Of a stretch of 64,000 nt of DNA, positions 44,909-57,820 are shown in pieces. The stretch's first letter is position 1; each line of letters starts with the position of its first letter. A model generated the notes under the pieces. That model was not told the origin of the DNA. It ran no database searches and saw only the letters and a list, made by a program, of their open reading frames with translations. A program made the position numbers and the translations under genes. The stretch comes from Guillardia theta CCMP2712 (Eukaryota > Protista > Cryptophyta), in the NCBI RefSeq assembly GCF_000315625.1, contig NW_005434557.1, forward strand, positions 50,938 to 114,937, written 5' to 3'.

Positions 44909-47900
44909 TGTTCTGGTTGGAACCGATAGCTCTCTGGATCAAATCAAGAAGTAGATGTGTAGCTATTCGATCGTTGAGTGTTTGGAGCTGCACTGAACCC
45001 TTTAAGATTGGCTTGGAAAATCTGGAACTAACCGGCCTGTACAACGTGCAAGGTCAGATCTTTGACGACAATTCATTTCACCCCTCAAAAAAAAACTGAA
45101 TCAGTGTCTTCTCTCAGGAAAGCAAGGTCAGAAATATGAGAACAAACTTATTCAACCATGAAATCTTTGAATTGAGCTAGAGAACCAAAACCTATAGTGC
45201 TTCAACAACAACTATTTACAGACAGAATGCCTAGTTCTCAACATCATCTTGTAGAGCATCCTTCGTCAGAGATTTTCGCACATCGTATGTGTCCGCAAGT
45301 GCGTTGGGTGAATGAGAAAATTTTCCCGGCCTCTCTAACATCTCTAACAGATCATTTCAATGTGTTTCTCTCGCCCCTGCATGCCCTTTCCTCCGTTCAC
45401 GATTTTCCGTCTGCCATCCTCTGTACTCGCTTGCTCCGATCCCCACCGTCGGCACCACCCCACTCCGACCGCATCTCACCACCACCTGTCCTAAGGACCA
45501 CCCCTCTATATTCCTGAAGGTTGAAATACCCACCTCTGGCGCCTACCTATCTATGATTCAATGCTACCCGTAGTTGCGACCAATTTTCACCCCTGCCTTA
45601 GAAGCCAGTATTGTCCAACACCCGTTGATTCTACCACCCCACCCCCTCGATTCCAATTCCAGGCAATCCCGGTTCCGAGGGAGCGGTGCTCTTACCTTCT
45701 TCCTCCGTGGTAGGGGGTCCCCATAATAGGTGGTAGGGGGTCCCCATCATTTGAGTAAAACCCTCCCACCCCCACCCTACACAAAAAGTACCCAAAGTTT
45801 TGGGTACTACTGCTTCTCAACTTCCAGGCAAGCGTACGGACCATACCATCACTACATTCGTGAGTACCCTACCCTGTTCGGCTGATCAATCTCTCACAGA
45901 CCTGCGGTCCTCCGAAGACTACCCTCCTCTCCTACGAACCAATGTACCCACCCCAGTAAGTCGTACCCTTCCGATCCGCAATGGTCAACACCTCCTACTC
46001 CCAACCGGACGCTTCCTTGGTATGCCTGGACCCACGTGCCAGGGGTAGGGTAGGCAGACACCTGACCATCCCAGGTTCCCTGCCGTAGTAAATACCTACC
46101 CTACCCTGGAAAAGTCCTTTCATTCCCTCTGACATGTACCCGTACAAGTTCGAGGCAGGACGGTCCCACCCCGTTGATATCTTTCTCTGAACAAATGACC
46201 CCCACCCCCCCTGTCATTTGTCTCGCTTCGATGCACCCCATTCCCAGTTAAAAATGTTAATATCATGACCCCACCATAGTCATCTCTGAGACATCAGACT
46301 ACCCCTACTCAATAATCTTAGAGGAGCCGTGATTGAGTAAAAGCTGGTACTCCCAAGCTAAAATGAAGGTTTTTACTAGTCATGATTCATGTACCCGTCC
46401 TATGGTCGGCAGGTTTACACCACCCCTCAGATCCTACCCATAGGGAGGTGACCAGAGGAAAGGAGGGGTAGTACCTCTCAGATCGGACGACCCCTACCTC
46501 TCTTCTCCCAACGTCGTGCCAGCGCAAATTAAAACCTTTTATGTTATGGGTCGAGATGAGATGGGGTATATTGTTAAAAGCAATCGGAAGGGTATTGAAG
46601 GGTGGGTACTTGAAGTGAGGCAGGAACTCGGGGTGGGGATGGGGGTGGGGGGCGGGGNNNNNNNNNNNNNNNNNNNNNNNNNNNNNNNNNNNNNNNNNNN
46701 NNNNNNNNNNNNNNNNNNNNNNNNNNNNNNNNNNNNNNNNNNNNNNNNNNNNNNNNNGCTCTGATAACCCTAAGGCAACTTACGCCCCTTGCCTTTAAAG
46801 TACCCTACCCCTATCTCCCTCATCTTCCATCAGCAACCCCTGCAGGATTTGTCCGACCACCTACACTATACGCTGCTTGGAACTACTGATGGCAGGGGGG
46901 CCCGTCCTTGGTCCCGGACAAAGATTGTACCGCAGTGGTGACCCCCCCCCCTGACCCCCTCCGGCAACTTCGGATGCCTTGGTACCGGATCTCAAGAGTT
47001 CGCCTGACTCGCCTGTCTTGCTGACCGTCGTGACTGGGCCATGTGACCACTCCGGTGACGGGTACCTCCAATACTTTACTCAAAGTTAAGTCAAAGATCA
47101 GCTCGCCGTACTGAACTTTAACTTAACTAGTCTAGGCTCTTTACTCAAAGTGAAGTCACTGCACGGTTGCGGCCTCCGCCGGCGGCGCCGGGCCCGCCGG
47201 GAGCACTGACACGGTACACCGTACTTTGCCCGGGCCTCCGACGGGCCTCGGTGTGACTCCTGAGCAGTGGCCGCCCGGAGCCCGGCGCTCGGAGGCTCAG
47301 CGGCTGGCAACCTGACGGACTCCGTTGTAACAAGACCGTTTCAAGTTTCCTGAAACACATAAGTCGTCTTGGTTTACTGGCAGGAGAGTTTTTGCCAAGT
47401 TAACTCGGCGGCTATCTGCCATGCCAGGCTGGCGTCAGAAAGTCACACAGTGACAACTTGAACATGATGAGAATGTCAGCAGAGTTCCAAGTCAAGATAT
47501 GATAAGCCTGACCGTCTGCGTCAAGTTCACAGTTATGCTGAACAGTGGGCAATAACCATTCATTCTGTAGGATTTCGCCCAGGAAAAACCAAGGAAAAGT
47601 GGCTTTTTGTCAGTTCTCGATCTCCCAGTACCGGTTATGACTAATGACCCGGTGGTTTCCCCTGAATATGGGGGTGGTGGTACCTGGATTGTTTGAGAGG
47701 GGTCGTTGAATTAGTTTTTAATACAGCGTGTTTTTGTTCAAATATCTCATAGCTATTTTTGTATGAGTCAGTTAGACATTTGTATTATTTTCGTTTTATT
47801 TATTTTTATATATATAAACACATACATGATGTTTACATATTGTTACCAGGAACTTCCAATCCCGTACAGAATGTCACAACATACCGGTACTGCTTACCCC

Positions 47901-49049
47901 AAAATCTAAGTGGGGTGGGTGGAAATCGTCCCACCGCAGCCAAAGAGGATTCATGTTTGGAATGGCATCATTCTACCACAGAGCATGAGATTGTGATGAT
48001 TGAGCAGGGTCTCTCGAGATCCCAAGCATTCTCTTTCTACAAGCAACACTGCATGGCAAGCAAGGATGCGAATTTCACCGTCAATGGGGCTTTGGCATGT
48101 TACATGCGGGGAGCAACACAACACAAGGCGTTGTCGTCATGTGTTTGTCTAGGATAAATCGTATCCTCCTCATGTTTGGAAAGTTTTGAATAGCCTTGAA
48201 GATTTTCCTGCAGATGAGCCGCCCAGTCATATTTACCTTCTCAACCCCTATGAAGCACATTCTGAGGTTTACACAGGATTTCTGTCAGAACCTGCAACAG
48301 TTAACATGGACACATGCAAACGTATGAAGAAGCATGGACACATGTAAATGTATGAAGAGGATGTTGCTTCTTCGAAGATGGTATGGAAAGACTCATGACA
48401 ATGAAGAAAGTTTGGGCCAGGAAAAATTTGAGGAAATTTCCCAAATGCGTTAAGCTTTCCTCATAGCTGCATTGTACCATCAATCAGATGTAGGTAGCCT
48501 CATTTTAAATGTTCTAGGCAGGTGCGAAGCGGATGTTCTCCTATAAAATTTATGGTCTACGATGCTGATTCATGCAACACTTGTGATTTTCTGATCGTAA
48601 TAATCAGATTGTCAGAGTGTGTTTCCATGTGTTAGATAACCTTCTCCACTCAATATGGTAGATTGAATTTGAGCTTAGTGATAGTTTACTAAACCAAAGT
48701 TGAGGGTCCTCTCAAATAAAGCTTGGTTTAACATCTCTGCGTCTGAGCAGCAAGTGTGCTGCTTTTCGCTGCAAGTCAGATGTCAAGCTTTGCATCAACA
48801 ATAATTTTCTGCGACAGAGCAATTATTCATTTGAATCTAGGAATATATATGTCAAAATCAAGCCTGCATGCTTTTCTTGCTGGAATTCTATCTGAAAGTC
48901 TCTTGAGAAGCTAGTCATCTCTGCAGAGTATCTGTGAACTCTCCAGCGCGCAGTGTTGTAACAAGGGAAGTGAAACACGGGAGATTATCCGTTTGAATGC
49001 TCTCACAACGATCATTGGGCTGCATGGCTTCCAGATATCTGCGATACCT

Positions 49050-49350
49050 TCTGTGTCATTGTCTCTCTCAACTGCTTCTCATCCAATGGTCCACATCAGC
49101 AAAGGACAAGGAGGCAGCAAAATAAAATATTTTGGAGGAAAACTCTCATTGAAAAACTCAAAGCACATGTGTAAGCTTCCGAATCACACATCCGTCGCAA
49201 GCCTTCAAGCACACATGCATGTTGGGCTTCTGATTCACCTGTGTCATTGTCGCTCTCAACTGCTTCTCATCCAATGGTCCACATCAGCAGATGGTTTGCA
49301 TCGATGCCAGCATCAGGGAAGGGGTAAAGGACAAGGAGGCAGCAAAATAA
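49050..49350. repeat. Imperfect local direct duplication (~49050-49128 vs ~49239-49350)
   Basis: CTGTGTCATTGTC.CTCTCAACTGCTTCTCATCCAATGGTCCACATCAGCA...AAGGACAAGGAGGCAGCAAAATAAA occurs twice; the second copy has an internal insertion. Confidence 0.85.
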
Positions 49351-50496
49351 ATTATTTTTCATTTTGTACTGTTATCGACATATAAAAATTATTCTAAGGA
49401 ACATTTCAAATCAATTTCGTAAGGTCTCAAATTACCTGGTACAAATAACTGAAATCACTAAACCACCCCTCGATTCCCAGGGACTACCCTACAAGATACC
49501 GTATATACCTACCTGCCCAAAATCCTACAGAATGATTCAATTATTCAAGGATTGTCCATTCTGAAGAAGATTTTCATGCAGGGCTGTTAGATGTGCAGTA
49601 CAGAGATAAGGGAGATGCATATCGAGCGGATGCAATGAAGAGAGATAGAGGATAAGATAAGAGAGTCTGAGGAGAGAGAAGATAAGAGAGAACAAGAGAG
49701 AAGTTTGCTCGCCAGCATTTGAAGACCAAAAGATAAATTTTGAACCGTAAAGAACTTGTGACCAGAGATTGCTGCAGCGAGATTGGAACATCCGTTTCAA
49801 GGCATTTGAAGATTGTTGTGCAGTTGTACCCTGTTCGCCGATCCAGAAGTAGCTCCAGTTATGCATGCCACAGCCTAGCTCCGCATCAGTGACATGAAAC
49901 TTCCGCCAGATCTCCTGGGAGTTCCACTGATTTGATCCCACTCAAAGATCAAGAAAATAAGAACTACTAGCCTCGAATTAGCTCCAAGTGTGTTTTCCGG
50001 CAACATGTCCGGTCCACTGAGTTAAGCAGATATTCGACCGAGCAATCTGGCTGGGAAACTTGCTTGTCAGAGTCAAGTTTTCCTATTCGAAGATCAATCA
50101 AACCATTGAAATGAAAGTTGTGGCTGAGATGAGAAGCCCGGTAAACAACTTGCGGCTAGAGAGGGAGTCTGATTGAAGAGAAGAGTACGGTCATCCGAAT
50201 AGTAAGGCTTGATAGAATTGCATCATCGGAATTTTCAACAGCAACGCCGGACTCTCGGCGGTCCGGCGGGCGGCGGACTTGGCATTGACTGAACTCACTG
50301 CAGAGCCTCGGAGCAAGGCGCCGCCGGGCCTCCGAGGGAAGCGGTTGGACGCTGGGTTTGGCGCGGCGCGGGCCGGGGGGCCTGGGCCTGCGGCCCGGCG
50401 CGGCCCGGGCCGGCGCCGGCCTGGGCCGCATCATTACGGCGGCCACGGACAAGTTCCGAGTTCGGGTTCCCTTGCCAAACTGTCGCAAAGTAAAGT

Positions 50497-51748
50497 ATGC
50501 CGGGAGACGCATCGCCATGGCTGCAGGCTGGCGAGCACAGGAAGTGGACACGCATGGGGAGTCGAGGACTTGGTCGCATGTCCCTCGTCCTTGCCATCTT
50601 CTCTGCACTTCCATCTAATTTCGTGCTCTGTCGAGCCTTGTTGGAACGACAAGAGTGCCCGAGCGGGAGATACCAATACGATTTTCAGTGGAGGGGTGAA
50701 AGAATGAAGGTGAGTGAAACTCGACGACGCTCTTCAAACTCCTTGATTGTCTTCATGATACTCATTCACCACAACCGCAGATGCTGCATGCGACCGGCTA
50801 TATCCATGCCCGTCTGACTCAGAGGTCTGGTGCCTTGCTCATTTGTATGCCGCTGAGACATGGATTTTCCTGCGAAAAAGCTTCCAAGGTCATACTGGGC
50901 CGAGAAGTTCTCGATGTCAGCAGAGCAGAAAGAGCAATCTAGGTGATGCGAACTGATGTTTCTCTTCTAAGTACACTCAAACGCTAACTTGTGTGAGAAG
51001 TGATGCATCGGAATGATTGGGTTCCGCCCGGGAGGACGATTGCAGGCGATGACCTGCTCAGGTGACTTGATTGTTTCTTCATCTAACTTGATCAGCTCAC
51101 TTGTCTCCATATCCGCAGACTTGAAAAGAGCGTGGGAAAGGAAAACACGGTGAATGCTGTGAGCGTTGCTGCAAGGTCTGATGATGGTCAGTGTGTCGAG
51201 CTGTAAAGCAGGGAACTCATGTCTATGCAAACAGGCAGACCAACTGTAATCCTCTGTTATCCTCTCATCCCGTCGAGGAGGACGAATGTGGGATTCGAAC
51301 CCTTCCCGACATTGTGAGTCCCACGGAAGCGGTGGTGCACCGGGAGCGTCCCCTCCCCACCGTCAATCTCCCCTACCTCACTCCCGTAAGTGGAGGAGGC
51401 GCAGTCGTCTTAGAGAAGTCGCAGGTTCTGGATGAGTCATGATGAGATCCGAGCGAGTATCACAGATCTGGAGTACAAGGGATTGATCCAGGTGAGCTCA
51501 TCAGCTCCTTGCCTGTCCTTCCCGGCCAGCTTGAAATGGCTCATCACCGGCCACGTCAGAAGTTCAGAGAGCGGCTTCTCGAGGACAGAAAAGCTTTCTT
51601 GCAGATGGAGGAAGCGCACAGGTGCGAATTTCAATTCCCCTTTGCGGAGAGGGGTACATGGATTCAGTTCGGACATGCAGGCGGTATGCTGCATCGCGAT
51701 GGAACGTCCTTGTGGTTCGTGGAAGAGGAGCCCACTGATGCGTTCTGA
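50497..51748 (+). CDS. Hypothetical multi-exon protein
   Basis: Protein-like segments with plausible short introns (ALLERQECPSGRYQYDFQWRGERMK|; DEIRASITDLEYKGLIQ|KFRERLLEDRKAFLQMEE..). No family recognised. Confidence 0.3.
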
Positions 51749-52245
51749 TTCTGAATATCTCAATCCCATTGATCCTTAACTTTCCCGACACCAACCACAT
51801 GACGAGCTGCATTATCCCCATTATCATAATCATCAGTTTCGTCATCATGACTATCATAATGCTTCTCACAATCCGTTCTGTTGCTTTTATTTTTGTCCCC
51901 TGTTTGTCTCTCTCACATCTCTAGCACCTTTCTTCGATGCTGTTTGATAGAATCTGACCTGCTGGTAGGACAACCATCAAGATCTTGTTATCTCACAGGG
52001 TTGGCAGAGCAAGCTAAGGGACTCAGGCGTTGGTGTCAACCAATAACTTTGTGGTATCATTTCTAATTATGATACAGGTGGATTAATGACCAACACAGTG
52101 AAATGTCTGCACATACATGTGGCACATTTCTTAGTCGACGACATCAATATCATTGGGAAATGGACAACAGAAGCAATCCGACAACAAAACATGATTCATC
52201 AATAGAACGTTTCAAATTCAATAAGGTTTATTCAATGCTCAGAAT

Positions 52246-52431
52246 TTACGAGCGGTTGTAGAAGTAGTCCCAGTGGTTGCGAGCGCGGACCCAGTCGTCG
52301 TAGGCAGCGGCATCGTTAGCCTTGTAGTAGGTGTCAGCAGAGGCGTTGTAGAGCTGACGGGCCTGGGCGTTCTGGCCGGCGGCCTTGGCGTAGAGGGCAG
52401 CAGCGGTCTGGCCGTAGAGGGTCTGGAACAT
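52246..52431 (-). CDS. 61-aa Ala/Tyr-rich small protein, strongly codon-biased
   Basis: MFQTLYGQTAAALYAKAAGQNAQARQLYNASADTYYKANDAAAYDDWVRARNHWDYFYNRS*. A GC-rich island using TAC/AAC/GAC/GCC/CAG/AAG codons within AT-rich flanks; an AG acceptor lies immediately before the ATG. Confidence 0.7.
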   Translation of the reverse strand: MFQTLYGQTAAALYAKAAGQNAQARQLYNASADTYYKANDAAAYDDWVRARNHWDYFYNRS

Positions 52432-53164
52432 CTGAGCTAAATGTCAAAAAACTGAAATAGCATATCATATATGTGCACAGAAAATGAACAACAAAAAAAA
52501 CAGCCCAACAGGACTTAAGCACATGACACATTGAAGGTTCATAAACCATCCAAATGATTCAATGTTATGCTCCACATGCATCATTCATCAACGTCCTCTT
52601 CCCCTCATGCGTAACGTCAACTGTATGCTCACCTCGTCTGCCGCGCCTCTTCGCCCGGCCCCTTTAAATAGGCTCCAAAGGCCATCCCACCCCACCCCCA
52701 AAACTCCATTGACTACCTCATCAATACCAACCAACCACCCCCCTCCGAATGTCTCACTTTTGACCCTTCGAGAATCTAAATCAGGTCCTGGCACCCCCAC
52801 CCCCTCCTTTCCCGTACAACGATGGGAAATCAATGGTGGTGCTCCAAAGATCAATGAGCAGATTTCAAAAATTATTTCGAGACATGAAGCTCTTTAACCC
52901 CCTGTTCTACCGCAGACTTGCCTTGAGTGGGTGGGTACGAGTTTTCAAGCCGCACAGAAATTCCATCTTTCGAGGTAAAAAAAACGAAACACTGCCGAAA
53001 TGTGGGTAGGGTGCATACCCTACCCACAAATTGCCCTCAATCTCACAACAAATGTGTGGGTGTTCTCCCTGTGGGTGGTCACTTGAGGGTGGGTTGAGGG
53101 GTCCTGTTCTATTTTGAGAGAAGAGATTCATCATGAAAATCCTGTGAAGCTCAACTCGATTTTA

Positions 53165-53269
53165 AAGTTTGAAGTTTGAAGTTTGAAGTTTGAAGTTTGA
53201 AGTTTGAAGTTTGAAGTTTGAAGTTTGAAGTTTGAAGTTTGAAGTTTGAAGTTTGAAGTTTGAAGTTTG
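53165..53269. repeat. Perfect 7-bp microsatellite (AAGTTTG)15
   Basis: Direct reading. Confidence 0.97.
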
Positions 53270-54134
53270 CGTTTGAAACTTTCTTGTGATGTTCCTTTTG
53301 GAAACTTTCAAACTTTGGGTTGTGAGATTCCTGCAATGGTTCATGTCTTCCCACTGCTGCCGATGGTTGTGCAGCCGATGCGTGAAGGGAAGATGAGAGC
53401 CAAGGAGCAAGACAACGATCTGACATGAAAAGATGTGACCGAATCCTCTGCTCCATGTACCTCTTCCTTTAGCCTTCCTGTCCTTGTTGCTTCCTCCTCC
53501 TGCATCTTGAGGCACGCATCAAATCATTTTTGTTTTCCTATCGCCTCTGCAGATTTGCGTCTTAGCGGAGCCAGAAAGTTTATCTTACGCCGGATAGTGA
53601 GACATGTTCGTTGTGTCTGTGACTTAGTGTGTCGAACTGTTATGCTTGACAGACAAATACTTTTTGCAGACAAATGTTTTCAAATTTGACATAGGCTACT
53701 CTGCTGTCCTGTTTCTTGGAAACAGCAGCTCTTGGATTGTTGTGCAGAGTGAGGAACCAAAACCTTGCGTACCTGTCTATCACTCTCGCTCAAACGGCTG
53801 CCTCAATAGATTTGAAACCTATCCTTGACGTGACTGGATCGCATTTTCCGACAGGAGCATCGCGAAGCTTCAAGATGTCTATTCATGGCAAGCCACCTCC
53901 AGATACTGAATGTGAGTAGATTGGTTGTCCTTCATCGCTGTTCTGCATCATCTCATGACATTGTTTGAAGGCATGTGCTCGTTCGAAGAGATCAACGAAT
54001 CGAACTTCGTGGAGTAAGCCTTTTACCTATTTTTGGATCTACTTGACGATTGTTATCTGTATCAGATATCAAACTGCTCCCAGTGAAACCTGGCATCCTG
54101 CAAAGTTCTCGGAGCCGATAGTGAGCTAGAAGAG

Positions 54135-56300
54135 TTGAAGACAGTGTTGAACAATGTGACAGGTCCGGGAGATGTTGGAGACGTGAGACCTGACAACCAT
54201 GAACCAAAGTTTGATGTTTTGCTCAACCCAATTTGCAGGTCTTTTCAACGATACTTGGATGACGTTGAGAAGGTTTTTTTCTTTCATTTCATAAACGATG
54301 CGATTGGTGTGATGGTCCTTGTCAGGCTGCTAGGGATTGTGCGGCAGCTGTGCGCCGGCTTGTCTCAAAGGAAAGCTTTGCATGCAACGCTGACAGGCTT
54401 TGACATCGTTTACCAGGGACCTCCCATATGGTTGGAAGACAAGCATGCCTTCCCCGTATGCTCTCCTTGTTTCCCTCCGCAACTTGTAACCTTATATGGT
54501 CGCCCAGCTACCAGACGAAGACACGCACGTGGTGCGCGTGTGGTTCTGTAGCACCAACACGGAAGAATCGGCGAGGTTGAAGGTTATCCTCCTCCTCCTC
54601 CACCACCACCACCACCACCACCTCNNNNNNNNNNNNNNNNNNNNNNNNNNNNNNNNNNNNNNNNNNNNNNNNNNNNNNNNNNNNNNNNNNNNNNNNNNNN
54701 NNNNNNNNNNNNNNNNNNNNNNNNNNNNNNNNNNNNNNNNNNNNNNNNNNNNNNNNNNNNNNNNNNNNNNNNNNNNNNNNNNNNNNNNNNNNNNNNNNNN
54801 NNNNNNNNNNNNNNNNNNTCCAAGCGAGCGAGCGAAAAGGTGACGGGCAGGCAGAGCGTGGCTGGGATCTCATCGGAGAAAGTTGGCAGAAGGAAGTTAT
54901 TGTCGATGACTGCGAAAGAATGCAGAATTGTGATGATAGGGGATTTGTGGAGATGCCTGGAAATGTTGATAGACCATGTAGGATGGAGGTATGTGATGAT
55001 GTGGCTTGGCAGGACTTTAGGGCCCAATGTCAAGATTGAACACCGATGAGATGTATCATCGAAGAGAACGAGAAGGTCAGAGGTCAAAGTCCCGAGTTGC
55101 GACGCACAAACTTATGATGGTAAGCAACAGTGAAAGAGACAGCAGTTCTCCTCCTGCTGCACAGCTGCAGGGATTGAGAAGAACGGCAAGCCAACCGCTC
55201 CAGCATGTGGCAGCACAGATTCAGCGGGAGGGGCTGTAGGTAGGAGGAGGAGCTCACATGGAAGGACAGGAGTGTTCCTTCGTACTCAGAGCTCGGGGAA
55301 TCTAAGGAAGCACCTCAATGCGCCTCCGAGCCTCTCGCAGGCATCTCATACCTCCACGAGGCGCAAGGAGACAGAAGCGCCGCCCCCGCCCTCCAAGCAT
55401 GCGAGGAAAGCGCAGGAACCAGCGCGCGTAGGTACGCCAGGAGAGGCGCGAAAAGCAAGTCGACTGGAGAGGCAGCAGCAGGGAGGGTTTCACCTCCTTA
55501 ACTCTCAGCTGCAAGCTCTTGCGGGCGAACGGAGCAGGAGCTTGTCGCATCTGCGGGAGCTTGAGAAGACATTGACGACGTTGAGGAAGGGAAACGAAGC
55601 TGCGAGAGGAGCTGAAGAAGTCGTGGACCCTGACGAGGAACCTGAGAAACCTCTTCCATCCCCTCGCATCCCAAAGGTAGTTTGCGACCTACGAAAAGCC
55701 GTGCAGAAGTCCAGCTTCCTCCTACAGCAAGTCGCCAAGCTGAAAATGAACGCGTCAAGCTCGCAAGGTGATGATACACTGATGGTGATCATGCCGTATG
55801 TTGCTCCCTTCCTCCCTTCCCCTCCTCCTCCCTTCCTTCCTTCCTCCTTCCCCTCCTTCTCCTGTTCTTCCTCGATCTTCCTCCGCTTTCCTCTCTCGCC
55901 CACAAGTCTCTGCTCCTCTTCTCCTCTGTCCTCCCATCCCTATGATCTTGACTTTGGAACAGCAGCTCGAGCTCGCCGACGGTCCTCTTTACTGAGAAAG
56001 TTCAAGAGCTTGCGGGTATTGATTCCCTCGCCGGAGAATGGGAGGAGGAGGAGCGTCGCCTCAGCCCACACGGGAGGGTCGACGAGCAGGAGACGCAGAG
56101 CAAGTGAGGCAGGGAAGTTCCTTGAGCAAGGTGACTCACATGCGGGAGAAGGGAAGTGAGCGTCATGGTTTGCTGATATGTGGCACAGCTGGGGTAACGA
56201 AGCAAGAGGATGCGAAGGAAAGCCAGGAAGATAGAACGGAATTGAGAGAGAGCGCGAAGCTTTGTAGCACGACGAAGTCACCGCAGGTTGTCAGATATCT
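54135..56300 (+). CDS. Hypothetical multi-exon protein (low complexity, short coiled coil)
   Basis: ORF 55272-56159 (LNSQLQALAGERSRSLSHLRELEKTLTTL) and upstream exon-like pieces; gap 54625-54818. Confidence 0.3.
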
Positions 56301-56348
56301 TCCAGGTAAGAATAGTCTCATCCTCCTGCTCTTACCGAGTCATTCAGC

Positions 56349-57820
56349 TTATCTATCCTTTCTCCCGCTCGAAGTTTCTCTCCCTTTCTCCTCCTCCTCC
56401 AAATCCTGTCCTGCCCCCCTCTTCTCGTGAATTTCCTCCCTTCTGATCGGTTGGTCGATGAAGGTGTCGGTCGGCGACTCGTCAAGGCAAAGCTGTTCGC
56501 TGCTCGAGTGTTGGCACACACCAACAGCAAGGATGAGGAATGCAAGCTCGGGTGGCTGTGAGAACGAAGTGGGCGAGAAGGTTGTCTTCAAGGTTGTCAT
56601 CGAATGTTTGGGCGTGAACGAGGGTGGATAATCGTCAAGCGTGTAGTATGAGGCATCTTCATCCTTGACTCTGCGTTTCTCCTCCTCCTTCATCCCAGTC
56701 GCCTTCGCCTTCTGAATGGTCCCAGCCATTGGAGCTTGACAACAGATCCTTGAGCTGTACAAGTCCCATCAAGGTGGGGAAAAGAATTACATCTCACAGA
56801 GATTCGAATGGAGGCAGAGCAAGAGAGCTAATGAAGAACAAGAGAATCAAATCTCACGATCCTCCATCTCACATTCTCTCCATTACGCTCCCTTGTGTAC
56901 ATGTCATGCAGGAAGATCCATTCTTCCTAGAGGTGCAAGTAACACCACTCGTCACATCACGTGTCTCAAATCTCAACCCAACAAACCTTTGCTTCTTCTC
57001 CTCGAAGGCAAACATTTTCAATATCTTTAACATCTCTAACAGGCATTCATTGATCAGAGCCAACCCCTTTAATTGTACCTCACCGTTCATAAAACATGCT
57101 GATGTATCTGTCGGCGTACTTCCCAAATCCATCCATCTTTTCGAGAATCAAAGCTGACAACACCTCTTCAACAAAGCACAGAAAGTTCAACTCTTCACCG
57201 TAGTTTTCATGAAACTTGTCTTTGGAGATCTTCTCGCCCGACCTCTGATGGTATCATGACATCTCTGCATCTCGCGTAGCAATCAGGGCAAACTCACGGG
57301 GTCTTCGATTGTCTTCAGTTCCTTTGCGTCTCGGAGGGCATTCCATGTGATCCTGGTGAAACTCAACAAGTCTCCGTCTTGCGCTGTCACCATCTCAACT
57401 GCAGCTCGCTCATCACCCGGCCAACCCAACCTTGCTTTCGCCCTCCCTGCTGATATGGCAGACAGTTGAAAGCGCTGCTTGAAGGGATGGAAGACTGCAC
57501 AGCAGACAGTCAACAACTGCTGAGACCTGAGAAGAGGAGCAAACATTCGAGTCGACGTATGAAGAAGTCGGTGAAGACAAACAAGAGGAAGAGGAGTTGT
57601 CGCATCCACCATGCAACCTATTTCATGTTGTCTTCTCATCTTGCATTCACAATCATCAGACTCAATTTACTTGAGTAGCAACGTTGCTGCCTTGGCTTGA
57701 CTTCGAATCGATAGCTTTGGGTTATGGTACTTTGTTCCTGGCAAATTGTTGAGGCCACGGACAGGAGGGCAACTCATCATGCACAACAGCAGCAATGAAA
57801 CTTTTTCTCGCAACAACTTC
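56349..57820 (-). CDS. Hypothetical multi-exon protein with possible signal peptide
   Basis: MKLLREKVSLLLLCMMSCPPVRG start and exon-like blocks (DERAAVEMVTAQDGDLLSFTRITWNALRDAKELKTIEDP|). No family recognised. Confidence 0.3.

Noticed and set aside
53165-53269. Interstitial telomere
   Set aside because: The unit TTTGAAG lacks the GGG run of TTAGGG/TTTAGGG-type repeats; treated as an ordinary SSR.
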